From Escherichia coli O157:H7 (GTDB lineage: Bacteria > Pseudomonadota > Gammaproteobacteria > Enterobacterales > Enterobacteriaceae), in the NCBI RefSeq assembly GCF_013167455.1, contig NZ_CP038328.1: a stretch of DNA of 64,000 nucleotides. One strand, written 5' to 3'. This document shows positions 1-15,104 of this stretch, piece after piece (within the stretch, counting starts at the first letter, position 1; every line of letters begins with the position of its first letter). The translations under genes were made by a program, and so were the position numbers. The notes beneath the pieces were generated by a model. It did no database searches and had not been told where the DNA came from. It was given only the letters and a program-made list of their open reading frames with translations.

Positions 1-860
1 CTCATGTCCCCGGTCGGGAACTGCGGCAGGAAGTATTCACCAAGACGCACAGTTACGTTACAGCGTTTGGCGATCTCAACGGTGTTGGCAAGGGCTTCTG
101 GGATGTCGGCAAACAGCTCGCACATCTCCTCTTCGCTACGCATATATTGCTGCGGCGAATAGTTACGCGGGCGTTTAGGATCGTCGAGGGTAAAGCCGTC
201 GTGGATCGCGACGCGGATTTCGTGTGCGTCAAAGTCGCTGCTGTCGATAAAGCGCACATCGTTAGTCGCCACGACGGGCAAACCGCGCGCTTCCGCCAGT
301 TCCACCGCCGCGTGCAGATAGCTTTCTTCATCCGGCCTGCCGGTGCGGATCAGCTCGAGAAAATAGCGATCCGGGAAGTGTTCTTCATAAAACGCGACAC
401 ACTCATCTACCAGCGCGCTGTTACCACGCAAAAGACTGCGTCCGACGTCGCCCATGCGCCCGCCGGAAAGAAGGATCAACCCTTCGTTTAATTCGATAAG
501 CCAGTCGCGATCGATGATCGGCCCGGCGGCACCGTACCCGCGCTGATACGCTTTTGAGATCAGCAACGTCAGATTCTGATAGCCGGTATTGTTCGCCGCC
601 AGTACCGTCAGGTGGGTTAACTCATCACCCAGCAGGTCGCACTGGACGTTAAAATCTGCCCCGACGATAGGCTTAATCCCTGCGCCATGTCCCGCTCCGT
701 AGAACTTCACCAGACCGCAAAGGTTGGTGAAATCGGTGATCGCCAGTGCTGGCATACCCAACGCCGCCGCCTTTTTTACCAGCGGTGCGGTTTTGGCCAG
801 GCCATCGATCATCGAGTAGTCGCTGTGCACCCGCAGGTGTACGAAACGTGGTTCAGACAT
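1..860 (-). CDS. dnaE: DNA polymerase III alpha subunit, N-terminal portion (gene runs off the window start)
   Basis: Minus-strand frame from ATG at 858-860 ([23 protein letters not shown]..., PHP-domain N-terminus) is open to the window edge; lies directly downstream of rnhB in the same orientation. Confidence 0.9.
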   Translation of the reverse strand, partial: MSEPRFVHLRVHSDYSMIDGLAKTAPLVKKAAALGMPALAITDFTNLCGLVKFYGAGHGAGIKPIVGADFNVQCDLLGDELTHLTVLAANNTGYQNLTLLISKAYQRGYGAAGPIIDRDWLIELNEGLILLSGGRMGDVGRSLLRGNSALVDECVAFYEEHFPDRYFLELIRTGRPDEESYLHAAVELAEARGLPVVATNDVRFIDSSDFDAHEIRVAIHDGFTLDDPKRPRNYSPQQYMRSEEEMCELFADIPEALANTVEIAKRCNVTVRLGEYFLPQFPTGDM

Positions 861-896
861 CTTCAGATTCCGGTTTACTTAATCTCGACACAAGAA

Positions 897-1493
897 TCAG
901 GACGCAAGTCCCAGTGCGCGTTTGACAGGCCCAAAGCTGCGCCGATGGTGTTCGGTCGCGCCGTGTTCAGCCAGTTTTTCCAGATGAAAAGCGGTTGGAT
1001 ACCCTTTGTGTTGGGCAAAACCATATTGCGGGAAAACAATATCCAGCGCCGCCATTTCGGCGTCACGCGTCACTTTCGCCAGGATAGACGCGGCACTGAT
1101 TTCCGGTACGCGGCTATCGCCTTTCACCACAGCCATCGCAGGCATCGGTAATTTCGGGCAGCGGTTACCATCAATCAACACATATTCCGGCGCAATATGC
1201 AGCCCAGCGACGGCTCGCTGCATCGCCAGCATGGTCGCATGTAAAATATTCAGTTCGTCGATTTCGTGAGGTTCCGCGCGGCCCAGACTCCAGCTCAACG
1301 CTTTCTCTTTGATCTCTTCACAGAGCGCCAGACGACGTTTTTCGCTCAGCTTTTTGGAATCATTCAGCCCGGCAATCGGGCGCGCCGGGTCGAGAATCAC
1401 CGCAGCGGTGACGACCGCGCCAACTAACGGCCCGCGTCCGACTTCATCCACACCCGCAACCAGCTGCGTGTGCGGATAGACAAATTCGATCAT
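897..1493 (-). CDS. rnhB: Ribonuclease HII
   Basis: 198-aa ORF with RNase HII-type N-terminus ([21 protein letters not shown]); 4-nt overlap with lpxB. Confidence 0.95.
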   Translation of the reverse strand: MIEFVYPHTQLVAGVDEVGRGPLVGAVVTAAVILDPARPIAGLNDSKKLSEKRRLALCEEIKEKALSWSLGRAEPHEIDELNILHATMLAMQRAVAGLHIAPEYVLIDGNRCPKLPMPAMAVVKGDSRVPEISAASILAKVTRDAEMAALDIVFPQYGFAQHKGYPTAFHLEKLAEHGATEHHRRSFGPVKRALGLAS

Positions 1494-2638
1494 TGTGCTA
1501 ACTCCAGAACGGCTTGTGCCGCCTGCTCATCGGCATTGCAGCGGATCTGCTGATGCAGTTCACGGAAGGTATCGTGCATCGCGTGGCTGGTTTTCCCATT
1601 CGCCAACAGCGGTAACAGCGCCGCAGCCAGTTTTTGCGGCTCACACTCTTCCTGCAATAACTCTTTGACTAACTCTCTGCCCGCCAGCAGATTTGGCAGC
1701 GAGACATAATCAGTTTTCACCAGCCGCTTCGCCAACCAGAAGGTAAAAGGCTTCATGCGATATCCCACCACCATCGGGCATTTCGCCAGCATACACTCCA
1801 GGGCTGCCGTCCCCGACGCCAGTAGTGCCGCATCGCTGGCGACCATCGCCTCACGGCCCATTCCATCCAGCAAATGAACCGACAGGTCTGGCGCGACTGC
1901 AGCTTTGATGCGTTCAAACTGCTCGCGGCGTTTGGCATTCACCAGTGGCACCACGATTTCGAGATCCGGATATGTCTGGCGCAAAAGCTGGGCCGTTTTC
2001 AGGAAATCGGCACTAAGCATTTCGACTTCTGCACCACGGCTGCCCGGCAACAATGCCAGACAGTGGGCATCGTAAGGGATCCCCAGCACATCACGGGCAC
2101 TATTTTTATCTGGATCTAATGGCATGGCATCAGCCATGGTATGACCGATAAAGCGGCACGGTACGTTGTATTTGTCATAAAACGCTTTTTCGAAAGGCAG
2201 AAATGCGAGCACCAGATCGGTGGCTCTGCCTATTTTGAAAACGCGTTTCTGTCGCCACGCCCAGACGGACGGACTGACATAATGAATGGTTTTGATACCC
2301 TGCTTTTTAAGGTTACCTTCGAGGATAATATTGAAGTCAGGCGCATCAATGCCAACAAAAACATCTGGCTTTAGTTCACCAAAACGCTTTGTCAGATCGG
2401 CACGAATATGCAGTAAGCGACGCAGACGACCGAGCACTTCAACAATGCCCATCACCGCCAACTCTTCCATTTCGTACCAGGCTTCGCAGCCTTCAGCCTG
2501 CATTCGTGGCCCGGCAACACCAACAAAGCGGGCGTTGGGCACACGTTCTTTCAGAGCGCGGATTAAACCGGCCCCCAGGATATCGCCGGAGGTTTCTCCG
2601 GCGACCAGGGCAATCGTTAATGGACGCTGTTCAGTCAT
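1490..2638 (-). CDS. lpxB: Lipid-A-disaccharide synthase
   Basis: 382-aa ORF, LpxB-family glycosyltransferase; start overlaps lpxA stop by 1 nt. Confidence 0.95.
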   Translation of the reverse strand: MTEQRPLTIALVAGETSGDILGAGLIRALKERVPNARFVGVAGPRMQAEGCEAWYEMEELAVMGIVEVLGRLRRLLHIRADLTKRFGELKPDVFVGIDAPDFNIILEGNLKKQGIKTIHYVSPSVWAWRQKRVFKIGRATDLVLAFLPFEKAFYDKYNVPCRFIGHTMADAMPLDPDKNSARDVLGIPYDAHCLALLPGSRGAEVEMLSADFLKTAQLLRQTYPDLEIVVPLVNAKRREQFERIKAAVAPDLSVHLLDGMGREAMVASDAALLASGTAALECMLAKCPMVVGYRMKPFTFWLAKRLVKTDYVSLPNLLAGRELVKELLQEECEPQKLAAALLPLLANGKTSHAMHDTFRELHQQIRCNADEQAAQAVLELAQ

Positions 2639-3426
2639 TAACGAATCAGACCGCGCGTTGAGCGTGCAAAGAAATCGGTAAAGGCTTTCACTTCCGGATA
2701 TGTTTCCGCCAGTTCAGCAATTTCCGGTTTCACTTCATCGAGCGTTTTACCGCTACGATAAATCAGCTTATACGCATTGCGGATAGCGGTAATCGCCTCA
2801 CGGCTGAATCCGCGGCGCTTCAGCCCTTCGATATTGACACCGAACGGCGTGGCGTGGTTACCCTGCGCAATGACATAAGGAGGGACGTCCTGCGCCACAC
2901 CGGAGCAGCCGCCAACCATCACATGCGCACCAATGATGCAGAACTGATGGACTGCGGCCATGCCGCCGATGATCGCGAAGTCGTCAACCGATACGTGACC
3001 CGCCAGCGTTGCGTTGTTGGCGAGAATACAGCGGTTACCTACCGTACAATCGTGCGCAATGTGCGCGTTGATCATCAGTAAGTTGTCGCTGCCCACCTTC
3101 GTCAATCCACCGCCCTGGACTGTGCCACGATGAATGGTGACGCTTTCGCGAATGCGGTTACGATCGCCGATTTCCACGCGGGTCGGTTCGCCAGCATATT
3201 TCAGATCCTGGTTAACTTCGCCGATGGAGGCGAACTGATAAATCTCATTATCGCGGCCAATTTTAGTATGACCATTCACGACAACGTGAGATTTCAGTAC
3301 GGTACCCTCACCAATTTCGACATGGGGTCCAACGATACAAAAAGGACCAATGTGTGCGTTCGCGCCAATCGACGCGCCCTCTTCCACAATGGCGGTTGGA
3401 TGCACAAAGGCGGATTTATCAATCAC
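2638..3426 (-). CDS. lpxA: UDP-N-acetylglucosamine O-acyltransferase
   Basis: 262-aa ORF rich in hexapeptide (left-handed beta-helix) repeats; position in lipid A cluster. Confidence 0.95.
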   Translation of the reverse strand: MIDKSAFVHPTAIVEEGASIGANAHIGPFCIVGPHVEIGEGTVLKSHVVVNGHTKIGRDNEIYQFASIGEVNQDLKYAGEPTRVEIGDRNRIRESVTIHRGTVQGGGLTKVGSDNLLMINAHIAHDCTVGNRCILANNATLAGHVSVDDFAIIGGMAAVHQFCIIGAHVMVGGCSGVAQDVPPYVIAQGNHATPFGVNIEGLKRRGFSREAITAIRNAYKLIYRSGKTLDEVKPEIAELAETYPEVKAFTDFFARSTRGLIR

Positions 3427-3429
3427 GTA

Positions 3430-3885
3430 TCAGGCCTCCCGGCTACGAGCACACATCATCGTTGCTTCGCAAACTACTTTACCGTCGACCAGAGCAACCC
3501 CTTTAAAACGGGTCAGGCCGCGGCGCGTTTTTTCGAAAGTGACTTCCATGATCATTTGATCGCCAGGCACGACCGGGCGCTTGAAGCGCGCTTCGTCAAT
3601 ACCAGCGAAGTAGTACAGCTCACCCGGTTCCAGTTTTCCTACGCTTTTAAACGCCAGAATACCTGTTGCCTGTGCCATTGCTTCCAGAATCAGCACACCC
3701 GGGAAAATCGGTTTTCCAGGGAAATGGCCCTGGAAGAATGGCTCATTGACAGAGACATTTTTTACTGCGCGCAGAAAACGACCTTCTTCAAAATCCAGCA
3801 CGCGATCCACCAGTAAGAACGGGAAACGGTGCGGCAGAAGTTCTAAAATCTCTTCAATCTGCAGAGTATGAGTGTTAGTAGTCAA
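3430..3885 (-). CDS. fabZ: 3-hydroxyacyl-ACP dehydratase FabZ
   Basis: Six-frame ORF 3430..3978 is an upstream extension; hotdog-fold protein begins at TTG 3883-3885 ([27 protein letters not shown]...), 151 aa. Confidence 0.9.
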
Positions 3886-3989
3886 GATACTCTTCCTGTC
3901 AAAATATAAGAAACGACAATAATAACACGGCCTGCCGCAATCGTAAGAATGAGACAGGCCGTAAAGTTTGGCGAACAAAAGATGGAACG

Positions 3990-5015
3990 TTAGTCTTGTT
4001 GATTAACCTTGCGCTCAAGCGATTTCAGACGCTTGCTCATGTCATCAATGTTCATCACCAGTGCAGCGGTTTTGCGCCAGACTTTGTTGGGTTGCAGCGG
4101 AATGCCTGAGGAATAGACGCCTGGTTCAGTGATGGGACGCATCACCATACCCATGCCCGTAACCGTCACTTTGTCGCATATTTCCATATGCCCGTTGATT
4201 ACGCTGGCTCCGCCGATCATGCAGTAACGACCAATTTTCAGGCTGCCCGCCATAATGACGCCACCGGCAACCGCCGTATTGTCGCCAATCACGACGTTAT
4301 GTGCAATCTGGCACTGGTTATCAATGATCACGCCATTGCCAATAACAGTGTCATCCAGCGCGCCGCGATCGATGGTAGTGCAGGCACCGATCTCCACGCG
4401 ATCGCCAATAATTACGCGACCAATCTGTGGGATCTTCACCCAGTTACCACGATCGTTGGCATAACCAAAGCCGTCTGCGCCTACCACTGTTCCGGACTGG
4501 ATCAGGCAATTCTGACCGATCTGGATCTCATGGTAAATGGTTACGTTCGCCCAGAGACGCGAACCTGCACCGATTTTGCTGTTTTTACCTACGAAGCAAC
4601 CGGCACCGATAATCACGTTATCGCCCAGTTCAACGCCGGATTCAATCACCGCGTTAGCGCCAATCGATACGTTGTTACCCAGCTTCGCCGTCGCGTCGAT
4701 CACCGCACTGGGTGCAATGTTCTGCGCGGGCTGCGGCGTGGTATCTAAAATTTGCGCCATGCGCGCGTAAGTCAGGTAGGGATTCTTCACTACCAGCGCG
4801 GCACTTTTCGCGAAAGGAAGATCGTCCTGGGTCATGACAACCGCGGACGCCTGGCACAAGCCTAAATGCTCACGGTATTTTGGGTTAACCATGAACGTAA
4901 TGTGACCTGTTTGTGCAGATTGCATGGACGCAACGCCGGTGATGACGATATCGCCATCACCGTGTAGTTCTGCATCCAACTGCTGCGCTAAATCAGCCAG
5001 TCGAATTGAAGGCAT
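3990..5015 (-). CDS. lpxD: UDP-3-O-(3-hydroxymyristoyl)glucosamine N-acyltransferase
   Basis: 341-aa ORF with hexapeptide-repeat C-terminal half; lipid A cluster context. Confidence 0.95.
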
Positions 5016-5018
5016 TAC

Positions 5019-5504
5019 TTATTTAACCTGTTTCAGTACGTCGGCAGTGATGTCTTTTACATCGCTGCTGTTGTAAGCAACGGCGTTTGCATCAACAACC
5101 AGATCGATATCCTGGCTGTTGGCAACGGATTTCACAGCAGTCTGGATACGAGTAACCAGTTTGCCGCGTTCTTCATTGGAACGACGTGCGCGATCCTGCT
5201 CAAAAGCCTGCGCTTTCTGAGCAAAAGTCTGGCGCTGAGCCATCACGTCTTTTTCCAGCTTAGTGCGATCGCTGCCCGCTTTCATGGACTGCAGCTTTTT
5301 CATTTTAGCCTGCAGATCGGTTTCCATACGCTGCAGTTCGCTGGCACGGCCTTTGAACTCATTTTCCAGCGTGTTAGAAACACCGGTTTTCTGCGCTACC
5401 TGCTGGAACAGGCTGCCCATGTTGACGATTGCAATTTTGTCAGCCGCCTGAGCAGATGTTGCCAGTGCTAAACCGAGACCTGCAGCTAATAACCACTTTT
5501 TCAC
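5019..5504 (-). CDS. skp: Periplasmic chaperone Skp (OmpH)
   Basis: 161 aa from GTG at 5502-5504 preceded by AAGGAG; signal peptide [19 protein letters not shown]; six-frame ORF extends further upstream into non-coding leader. Confidence 0.9.
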   Translation of the reverse strand: MKKWLLAAGLGLALATSAQAADKIAIVNMGSLFQQVAQKTGVSNTLENEFKGRASELQRMETDLQAKMKKLQSMKAGSDRTKLEKDVMAQRQTFAQKAQAFEQDRARRSNEERGKLVTRIQTAVKSVANSQDIDLVVDANAVAYNSSDVKDITADVLKQVK

Positions 5505-5624
5505 AATAAACTCCTTACCATCCCATTTGCACCGGAGGGTGCAGTTCTTTGCGTGGCCCGGCGATTTATATTGATCGCCTAAAGTCATCGCTACACTACC
5601 ACTACATTCCTTTGTGGAGAACAC

Positions 5625-8075
<2,451 letters not shown>

Positions 8076-8086
8076 CTAACTAACTC

Positions 8087-9439
8087 TCATAACCGAGAGA
8101 AATCATTGAAAAGTGCAAGCCCCATTAACAGCACCAGCAGAATCGAGCCAATGCGATAACAAAAGTCTTGAACCCGCTCGGATACCGGTCCGCCTTTGAT
8201 CTTTTCGATCGCAAGGAACAGCAGATGCCCCCCGTCAAGTACGGGCAACGGAAACAGGTTAATTATCCCTAAGTTCACGCTAATAAGCGCAAGAAACGGC
8301 AGGTAATAAACTACCCCGAGTTCCGCTGTCATCCCAGCCCCCTTGGCGATAGAGATCGGCCCACTGAGGTTGTTCAGTTTCACATCACCGGTGATCAATT
8401 TTCCCAGCATACTGACCGTCAGCTTCATCAGCTGCCACGTTTTGTCCGTGGCTTCGACGATGGCGTTGAACGGCCCATACTGGCGTACAACTTTATACTC
8501 ATCTGGCAAAGGAATGACTTTCGGCTCAATACCGACAAAACCAATCGCTTTACCATTACCCGGTTTACTCTCCGGGATTAATGTCAAAGACAAGGGACTC
8601 CCCTGCCTTTCGATTTCTAACGCTAAGGATTTACCCGGGTTATCCCGGACAAGCATCACAAAGGTCACCCACTGCGTTAAGGGCTGACCATCGACTTTAA
8701 CGATCCTGTCGCCTGCTTGCAAACCTGCCTTGCTTGCCGCCGAGTTTGGCTGCACATTTTCCAGTACAGGTTCAATTTGCGGCCCACGAGGACGAATCCC
8801 CAGCGAAGATACCGGATCTTCTTTATCAGGCTCAAACGCCCAGTGACGTAAATCGAGCTTTACATCCCGCCGTTGGTCGCTGCCAAATGGCGCTACTGTA
8901 ATGGTGGTGCTTTCATCGCCAATTTTATCGACCAACTGCAAACGCACGGCATCCCAATCAGGCGTTTCGATACCATCTACGGCTTTTAGTTCCGTACCTG
9001 GTGCAATTTGTGCTTCCGCAGCTATCGAATTGGCTGCTATTTCGCCAACCACCGGACGTACGCCAGGCACACCAATAATAAAAACCAGCCAGTAGGCAAA
9101 GATAGCAAAAATGAAGTTTGCAACCGGACCTGCGGCAATAATCGCCGCTCGTTGGCCGACAGATTTATTATTGAAGGCATGGTGGCGGAGTTCCGGAACG
9201 ACCGGTTCTGCGCGCTCATCCAGCATTTTGACATAACCGCCCAACGGGATCAGGGCGATAACATATTCGGTGCCGAGCTTATCAGTTCGCCGCCAGAGCG
9301 CCTTACCAAACCCTATTGAGAAACGCTCAACGCGAACACCACAACGCCGGGCAACCCAGAAATGACCAAATTCATGCACGGTGATAAGTACACCCAGTGC
9401 AACGATGAACGAAGCCAAATCCCAGAGAAAACTCAGCAT
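8087..9439 (-). CDS. rseP: Regulator of sigma-E protease RseP (site-2 zinc metalloprotease)
   Basis: 450 aa from ATG 9437-9439 ([11 protein letters not shown]...); HEFGHF zinc-binding motif, PDZ region, membrane spans. Confidence 0.93.
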
Positions 9440-9450
9440 ATTACCTTCCG

Positions 9451-10308
9451 TTAAAGCGTCCTGAATACCAGTAACAACAAGCAAGCAAAGACCGGTACCG
9501 CAGCCGTCAGGCTATCAATACGATCTAAAATACCACCGTGTCCTGGAATTAAATGACCGCTGTCCTTAATTCCTGCTTCACGCTTAAACATACTCTCGGT
9601 CAGATCGCCGAGCACTGAGGCTAACGCTGCGACAATAGAGCAAATGAGTAAGGTGACGGGAGCGACGTCGAGATTCGCCCACATGCCATAACCCCATGAG
9701 ATTACCGCTGCAGTAGCGAGTCCACCGATAAAGCCTTGCCAGGTTTTACCCGGAGAAACCTTCGGTGCCAGCTTATGTTTACCAAACAATTTGCCAAACA
9801 TATATGCGCCGGAGTCAGCGCCCCATACCAGGATCATGACATAGAGCAGCCATATTGCGCCACTGTAATGATTCTCGTCATAGTGCCAGGCCCGTAACGC
9901 CAGCATGCCCCAGAAGAAGGGAACAATGGTTAGCACGCCAAAAATAAGGCGCAATGTTTTAGAGTTACGCCAGATTGCTGCGGAACCTGGGTAAAACAGC
10001 ACCAGCAATAGCGCGACAATCCACCAACCCAGCGAAGCCCAAAGTGAGATTTCAACCAGCGGTTGATGAATATTTCGGTGATATTCCGGCAACAGAAAAA
10101 GCATCAGCGCCAACAATAACCCGCATAACACCGCCAACCATACTCGCTGCGAACGAGTGGTAAAACCGCTAAGCTGTCCCCATTCCCACGCTGCCAGCAT
10201 GCAGACCACCAGCGTTACAATGGCGAACCCCACCGGCGGCAACAGAAACAACGCCGCGATGACGACGGGTATTAACACAAAAGCAGATATCAGGCGATAC
10301 TTCAGCAA
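9451..10308 (-). CDS. cdsA: Phosphatidate cytidylyltransferase (CDP-diglyceride synthase)
   Basis: 285-aa polytopic membrane protein of the CdsA family; operon context uppS-cdsA-rseP-bamA. Confidence 0.93.
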
Positions 10309-10320
10309 AAGCGACCCCCA

Positions 10321-11082
10321 TCAGGCTGTTTCATCACCGGGCTCGGTGCCGCCGAAACGACGCTCTCGATTAGCAAAGGCATTTAACGCCCCTTCAAAGT
10401 CTTGTTCATCGAAATCGGGCCAGAGAACATCTGTAAAGTAAAGTTCGGCATAGGCAATTTGCCAAAGCAAAAAGTTACTAATGCGATGCTCCCCCCCAGT
10501 CCTAATTACTAAATCTACAGGGGCCAGTTCATGCATACAGACATGCTGGTTTAGCATCTCTTCATCTATCTGATCTGGTTGCAGGTTTCCTTGCTGCACC
10601 TTTTCAGCCAGTTGCCTGACTCCCTGGACTATATCCCAACGTCCACCGTAGTTCGCCGCAATATTCAGCGTCAGACCGGTATTCCCGGCTGTTAGCGCTT
10701 CAGATTTACGAATACGTTCTTGCAAACGCGAGTTAAAGCGACTGGTATCGCCAATAATACGCAGACGCACGTTATGTCGGTGCAGACTTTTTACTTCGCT
10801 ATCGAGCGCCCACACAAACAGTTCCATTAACGCACTGACTTCCTGCGCTGGTCGGTTCCAGTTTTCACTACTAAAGGCATACAGCGTTAACGCCTCAATA
10901 CCGTTGTTGGCCGCAAAAGAGACAGCCCGGCGGACGGATTTTGCTCCGGCTTTATGCCCAAAGGCACGAATCTTCCCTTGCTTTTTTGCCCAGCGACCAT
11001 TGCCGTCCATAATGATCGCAACATGACGGCAGCCATGCGCTGGCAATTTTTCGCTAAGTGGTTGAGTAGCAGACAACATCAC
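10321..11082 (-). CDS. uppS: Undecaprenyl pyrophosphate synthase (cis-prenyltransferase)
   Basis: 253-aa ORF (GTG at 11082, ATG one codon later); cis-prenyltransferase motif IIMDGNGRWA. Confidence 0.93.
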   Translation of the reverse strand: MMLSATQPLSEKLPAHGCRHVAIIMDGNGRWAKKQGKIRAFGHKAGAKSVRRAVSFAANNGIEALTLYAFSSENWNRPAQEVSALMELFVWALDSEVKSLHRHNVRLRIIGDTSRFNSRLQERIRKSEALTAGNTGLTLNIAANYGGRWDIVQGVRQLAEKVQQGNLQPDQIDEEMLNQHVCMHELAPVDLVIRTGGEHRISNFLLWQIAYAELYFTDVLWPDFDEQDFEGALNAFANRERRFGGTEPGDETA

Positions 11083-11136
11083 GCGTTTTTTATTCCCTGA
11101 CAGGGTTTACGGTACTCAGGAATACTGAAGCCTATA

Positions 11137-11163
11137 CAAAAAAAAGCCGTGTAAAACCACGGC
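11137..11163 (-). terminator. Intrinsic terminator downstream of dxr
   Basis: Minus-strand hairpin GCCGTG-gttttaca-CACGGC followed by a run of 8-9 T. Confidence 0.7.
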
Positions 11164-11267
11164 ATACCTGACCTTATAAAGCCAACTACTTACGATCAGA
11201 TGGCGCAGACTATATCACTGAAGCCCTACGCTAACAAATAGCGCGACTCTCTGTAGCCGGATTATCC

Positions 11268-12464
11268 TCAGCTTGCGAGACGCATCACCTCTTTTCTGGC
11301 GACTTCACGCGCGCTCGCATCAACAGATAACACATCGTCCACACATTGTGGTTCGCGCATATCCATTTTTTCCAGTACGGATAAATTCAACGCAGCGATA
11401 TCCGTAAAGCGGATTTGTTGCGCAAGAAAAGCAGCAACGGTGATTTCGTTTGCGGCATTCAATGCTGTCGTCGCTGCCTGGCCTTGTTCGAACGCCTCCA
11501 TCGCCAGTTTCAGGCATGGATAACGATCATAATCCGGTGCGGCAAATGTCAACGCACTTAGTTTGCAAAAATCGAGCGGCTTCACGCCAGAGTTCACGCG
11601 ATTCGGCCATGCCATGGTGTGGGCAATTGGCGTACGCATATCCGGTTCCCCCAGCTGCGCCAGAACACTGCCGTCCTGATAGCGCACCATTGAGTGAATC
11701 ACTGACTGCGGGTGAATCAGCACTTCCATCTGGCTGGCGCTGGCGTTAAACAGCCAACGCGCTTCAATGTATTCCAGACCTTTGTTCATCATGGTAGCCG
11801 AATCGACAGAAATTTTACGTCCCATCGACCAGTTCGGATGACGGCAGGCTTGATCGGGCGTCATTGTTGCCAAATCGCGCAATGGCGTCTCACGGAAAGG
11901 GCCACCAGACCCGGTAAGTAAAATGGACACCACGCCATTTTGCTCAAGGTCAGCGTATCCCAGATTATGCTGGATAGGTTGCGGTAAACTCTGAAAAATG
12001 GCGTTATGTTCGCTATCGACCGGTAACAATTGCGCTTTGCTCTGCTTTACGGCGTCCATAAACAGACGTCCGCAGGTAACCAGTGATTCTTTATTGGCCA
12101 GCAAAATGGTTTTACCCGCGCGGATCGCAGCAAGCGTAGGTAACAGCCCAGCAGCGCCAACAATGGCTGCCATCACCTGATCAACATCCTCAAGCGCTGC
12201 CATATCGCAAGCGGCTTGTTGCCCACTTAAGACTTCGGTGCGGCTACCCTGTTGCTGTAGCATCGTTTTAAGAAGTTTCGCACTCGCTTCATCGTCCATT
12301 ACGGCATAGCGGGGAGAGAATTCCAGGCACTGTTCTACCATGCGAGTGACATTTTTGCCTGCCACCAGCGCAACTACGCGGAAGTGTTCGGGATTATGGC
12401 GCACCACGTCCAGCGTGCTGCAACCAATCGAGCCGGTCGAGCCCAGAATGGTGAGTTGCTTCAT
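11268..12464 (-). CDS. dxr: 1-deoxy-D-xylulose 5-phosphate reductoisomerase
   Basis: 398-aa ORF with N-terminal NADPH-binding GSTGSIG motif. Confidence 0.96.
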   Translation of the reverse strand: MKQLTILGSTGSIGCSTLDVVRHNPEHFRVVALVAGKNVTRMVEQCLEFSPRYAVMDDEASAKLLKTMLQQQGSRTEVLSGQQAACDMAALEDVDQVMAAIVGAAGLLPTLAAIRAGKTILLANKESLVTCGRLFMDAVKQSKAQLLPVDSEHNAIFQSLPQPIQHNLGYADLEQNGVVSILLTGSGGPFRETPLRDLATMTPDQACRHPNWSMGRKISVDSATMMNKGLEYIEARWLFNASASQMEVLIHPQSVIHSMVRYQDGSVLAQLGEPDMRTPIAHTMAWPNRVNSGVKPLDFCKLSALTFAAPDYDRYPCLKLAMEAFEQGQAATTALNAANEITVAAFLAQQIRFTDIAALNLSVLEKMDMREPQCVDDVLSVDASAREVARKEVMRLAS

Positions 12465-12482
12465 GAAACATCCAGAGTTGAG

Positions 12483-12541
12483 ACAGAATAAAAAGCAAAA
12501 CGCCGCCAGCCGATCCGCAAGGATCTACTGAGCGGCGTTTT
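12483..12541 (-). terminator. Terminator-like stem-loop downstream of frr
   Basis: AAACGCCGC / GCGGCGTTT stem enclosing an inner GATCC-gcaa-GGATC hairpin, followed on the minus strand by a T-rich tract. Confidence 0.5.
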
Positions 12542-12555
12542 TGTCGTTCAAGAAA

Positions 12556-13113
12556 TCAGAACTGCATCAGTTCTGCTTCTTTGTCTGCCAGCGCCGCTTC
12601 AATTTTCTTGATTGCAGCATCAGTCAGTTTCTGTACATCGTCCTGAGAACGGCGATCGTCGTCTTCGCTGATCTCTTTATCTTTCAACAGTGCTTTCACT
12701 TTGTCGTTCGCGTCACGACGCACGTTACGTACTGCAACACGCGCTTGTTCTGCTTCACCACGAACGATTTTGGTCAGATCTTTACGACGTTCTTCCGTCA
12801 GCGGCGGCAGCGGAACACGGATGTCGCTACCCGCAGAGTTCGGGTTCAGGCCAAGATCGGACGCCATAATCGCTTTTTCAACGGCCGGAGACATTGAACG
12901 ATCAAACACGTTGATTTTCAGAGTACGGGAATCTTCTACCGTTACGCTTGCCAGCTGACGCAGCGGCGTCGGCGTGCCGTAATATTCCACGACAATGCCA
13001 TCCAGCAGGCTGGGAGAAGCACGACCCGTGCGTATTTTGCTGATTTGGGTTTTGAACGCTTCTACGCATTTGTCCATGCGTACTTCAGCATCTTTTCTGA
13101 TATCGCTAATCAC
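12556..13113 (-). CDS. frr: Ribosome recycling factor
   Basis: 185-aa ORF, RRF family. Confidence 0.96.
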
Positions 13114-13262
13114 GTTACGAATCCTTGAAAACTTGTCTCAGTCAGACCAGACAGTCACACACAGTGGAAGTGTGCTAAGTATAGCCCTGATTAAACATAT
13201 TACGGGTAAGATCCCCCGCGATACTTACGCGGAATCTTACCCTTATTTATCCATCACGGGAA

Positions 13263-13988
13263 TTATTCCGTGATTAAAGTCCCTTCTTTTTCACCCATTA
13301 CCACACGGCGCAGCGCACCCGGTTTGTTCATGTTGAAAACACGAATCGGTAATTTATGGTCACGAGCCAGCGTGAAGGCCGCCAGGTCCATGACTTTCAG
13401 CTCTTTTTCCAGCACTTCGCTGTAAGTCAGTTGCTCGTACATGGTTGCGGTTGGATCTTTCGCCGGATCAGCGGTAAACACGCCGTCAACTTTGGTTGCT
13501 TTCAGCACCACATCGGCTTCAATTTCGATACCACGCAGGCAAGCTGCTGAGTCGGTGGTAAAGAACGGGTTACCTGTACCGGCGGAGAGGATCACCACAC
13601 GGTTGTTGCGCAACAGGCTGATAGCTTCTGCCCAGCTGTAGCTGTCGCACACGCCATTCAATGGAATAGCGGACATCAGACGAGCGTTCACATAGGCGCG
13701 GTGCAGTGCATCACGCATTGCCAGGCCGTTCATTACGGTCGCCAGCATCCCCATGTGGTCGCCCACAACGCGGTTCATACCCGCTTTCGCCAGACCAGCG
13801 CCACGGAACAGGTTACCCCCACCAATCACCACACCAACCTGAATACCCAGTTCAACCAGTTCTTTGATTTCCTGAGCCATACGATCCAGTATGCTTGCAT
13901 CAATACCGAAGCCTTCAGTGCCCTGCAGAGCTTCGCCACTCAACTTAAGCAGAATGCGTTTATAGACGGGTTTTGCATTGGTAGCCAT
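13263..13988 (-). CDS. pyrH: UMP kinase
   Basis: 241-aa ORF, amino-acid-kinase fold ([16 protein letters not shown]). Confidence 0.96.
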   Translation of the reverse strand: MATNAKPVYKRILLKLSGEALQGTEGFGIDASILDRMAQEIKELVELGIQVGVVIGGGNLFRGAGLAKAGMNRVVGDHMGMLATVMNGLAMRDALHRAYVNARLMSAIPLNGVCDSYSWAEAISLLRNNRVVILSAGTGNPFFTTDSAACLRGIEIEADVVLKATKVDGVFTADPAKDPTATMYEQLTYSEVLEKELKVMDLAAFTLARDHKLPIRVFNMNKPGALRRVVMGEKEGTLITE

Positions 13989-14091
13989 GTTTCTTTCCTG
14001 AGACTGTCAACGATTGAAATGAATTAATACTAGCGACATTGTACGTCGCTTTTCAGCGCAGCCCCACAAGGGTTAGCTGAATTTACAAGAT

Positions 14092-14121
14092 GGGCACAAA
14101 AAGAAGCCGCCCTCAGGCGGC
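14092..14121 (-). terminator. Intrinsic terminator downstream of tsf
   Basis: GCCGCC-tgag-GGCGGC hairpin followed by TTCTTTTT on the minus strand, 14 nt past the tsf stop. Confidence 0.7.
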
Positions 14122-14134
14122 TCCTTTTTGATAA

Positions 14135-14986
14135 TTAAGACTGCTTGGACATCGCAGCAACTTCTGCTGCAAAGTCAGTCTCAACTTTCTCGATGCCTTC
14201 ACCCACTTCGAAGCGGATGAAGCCAGTCACTTCAGCGTTATGCTCTTTCAGCAGCTGACCAACAGTTTTGCTTGGTTCCATAACGAACGGCTGACCGGTC
14301 AGAGAAACTTCGCCGGTGAATTTCTTCATGCGGCCTTCAACCATTTTCTCTGCGATTTCTTTCGGCTTACCAGACTGCATCGCGATATCCAGCTGTACCT
14401 GGTATTCTTTTTCTACCACTTCAGCGGATACGTCTTCCGGTTTGATGAATTCTGGCTTGCTTGCAGCAACGTGCATAGCGATGTGTTTAACCAGCTCTTC
14501 GTCAGCGCCTTTAGCAGCAACCAGAACGCCGATACGCGCACCATGCTGATAAGAACCCAGAACGTCGCCTTCCAGCGCAGCAACGCGGCGAATGTTGATG
14601 TTTTCACCAATTTTCGCTACCAGCGCAACACGTTCTTCTTCGAACTGTGCTTTCAGAACTTCAACGTCAGTGATTTTGCCAGCAACAGCTGCGTCCAGAA
14701 CTTTGTCTGCGAACGCCTGGAAACCAGCGTCTTTTGCAACGAAGTCAGTCTGGCAGTTAACTTCCAGAATGATGCCGTAGTTGCCGTCGATTTTGGTTTT
14801 GATCACGCCGTCAGCAGCAACGTTGCCTGCTTTTTTCGCTGCTTTAATAGCACCGGACTTACGCATGTTTTCGATTGCCAGCTCGATGTCGCCGTTAGCT
14901 TCAGTCAGTGCTTTTTTGCAATCCATCATGCCTGCGCCAGTACGCTCACGCAGCTCTTTTACCAGGGATGCGGTAATTTCAGCCAT
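14135..14986 (-). CDS. tsf: Elongation factor Ts
   Basis: 283-aa ORF, EF-Ts family; downstream of rpsB. Confidence 0.97.
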
Positions 14987-15043
14987 TCTAAAATCCTCGG
15001 AGATGTGATCTGCCCGGCATTAAACCGCACAGATATAAAAGTG

Positions 15044-15069
15044 AAAAAGGGGGCCATATGCAGGCCCCC
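15044..15069 (-). terminator. rpsB-tsf intercistronic attenuator/terminator
   Basis: GGGGGCC-ugcauau-GGCCCCC hairpin followed by UUUUU on the minus strand, about 58 nt upstream of the tsf start; matches the described partial terminator in the rpsB-tsf operon. Confidence 0.65.
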
Positions 15070-15104
15070 TAACCAAACGTGTACTACCTGGTCTATAAGG
15101 GCTC

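Noticed and set aside
3130..3816. 228-aa plus-strand ORF antisense to lpxA/fabZ
   Set aside because: Shadow ORF opposite two well-supported genes; no RBS.
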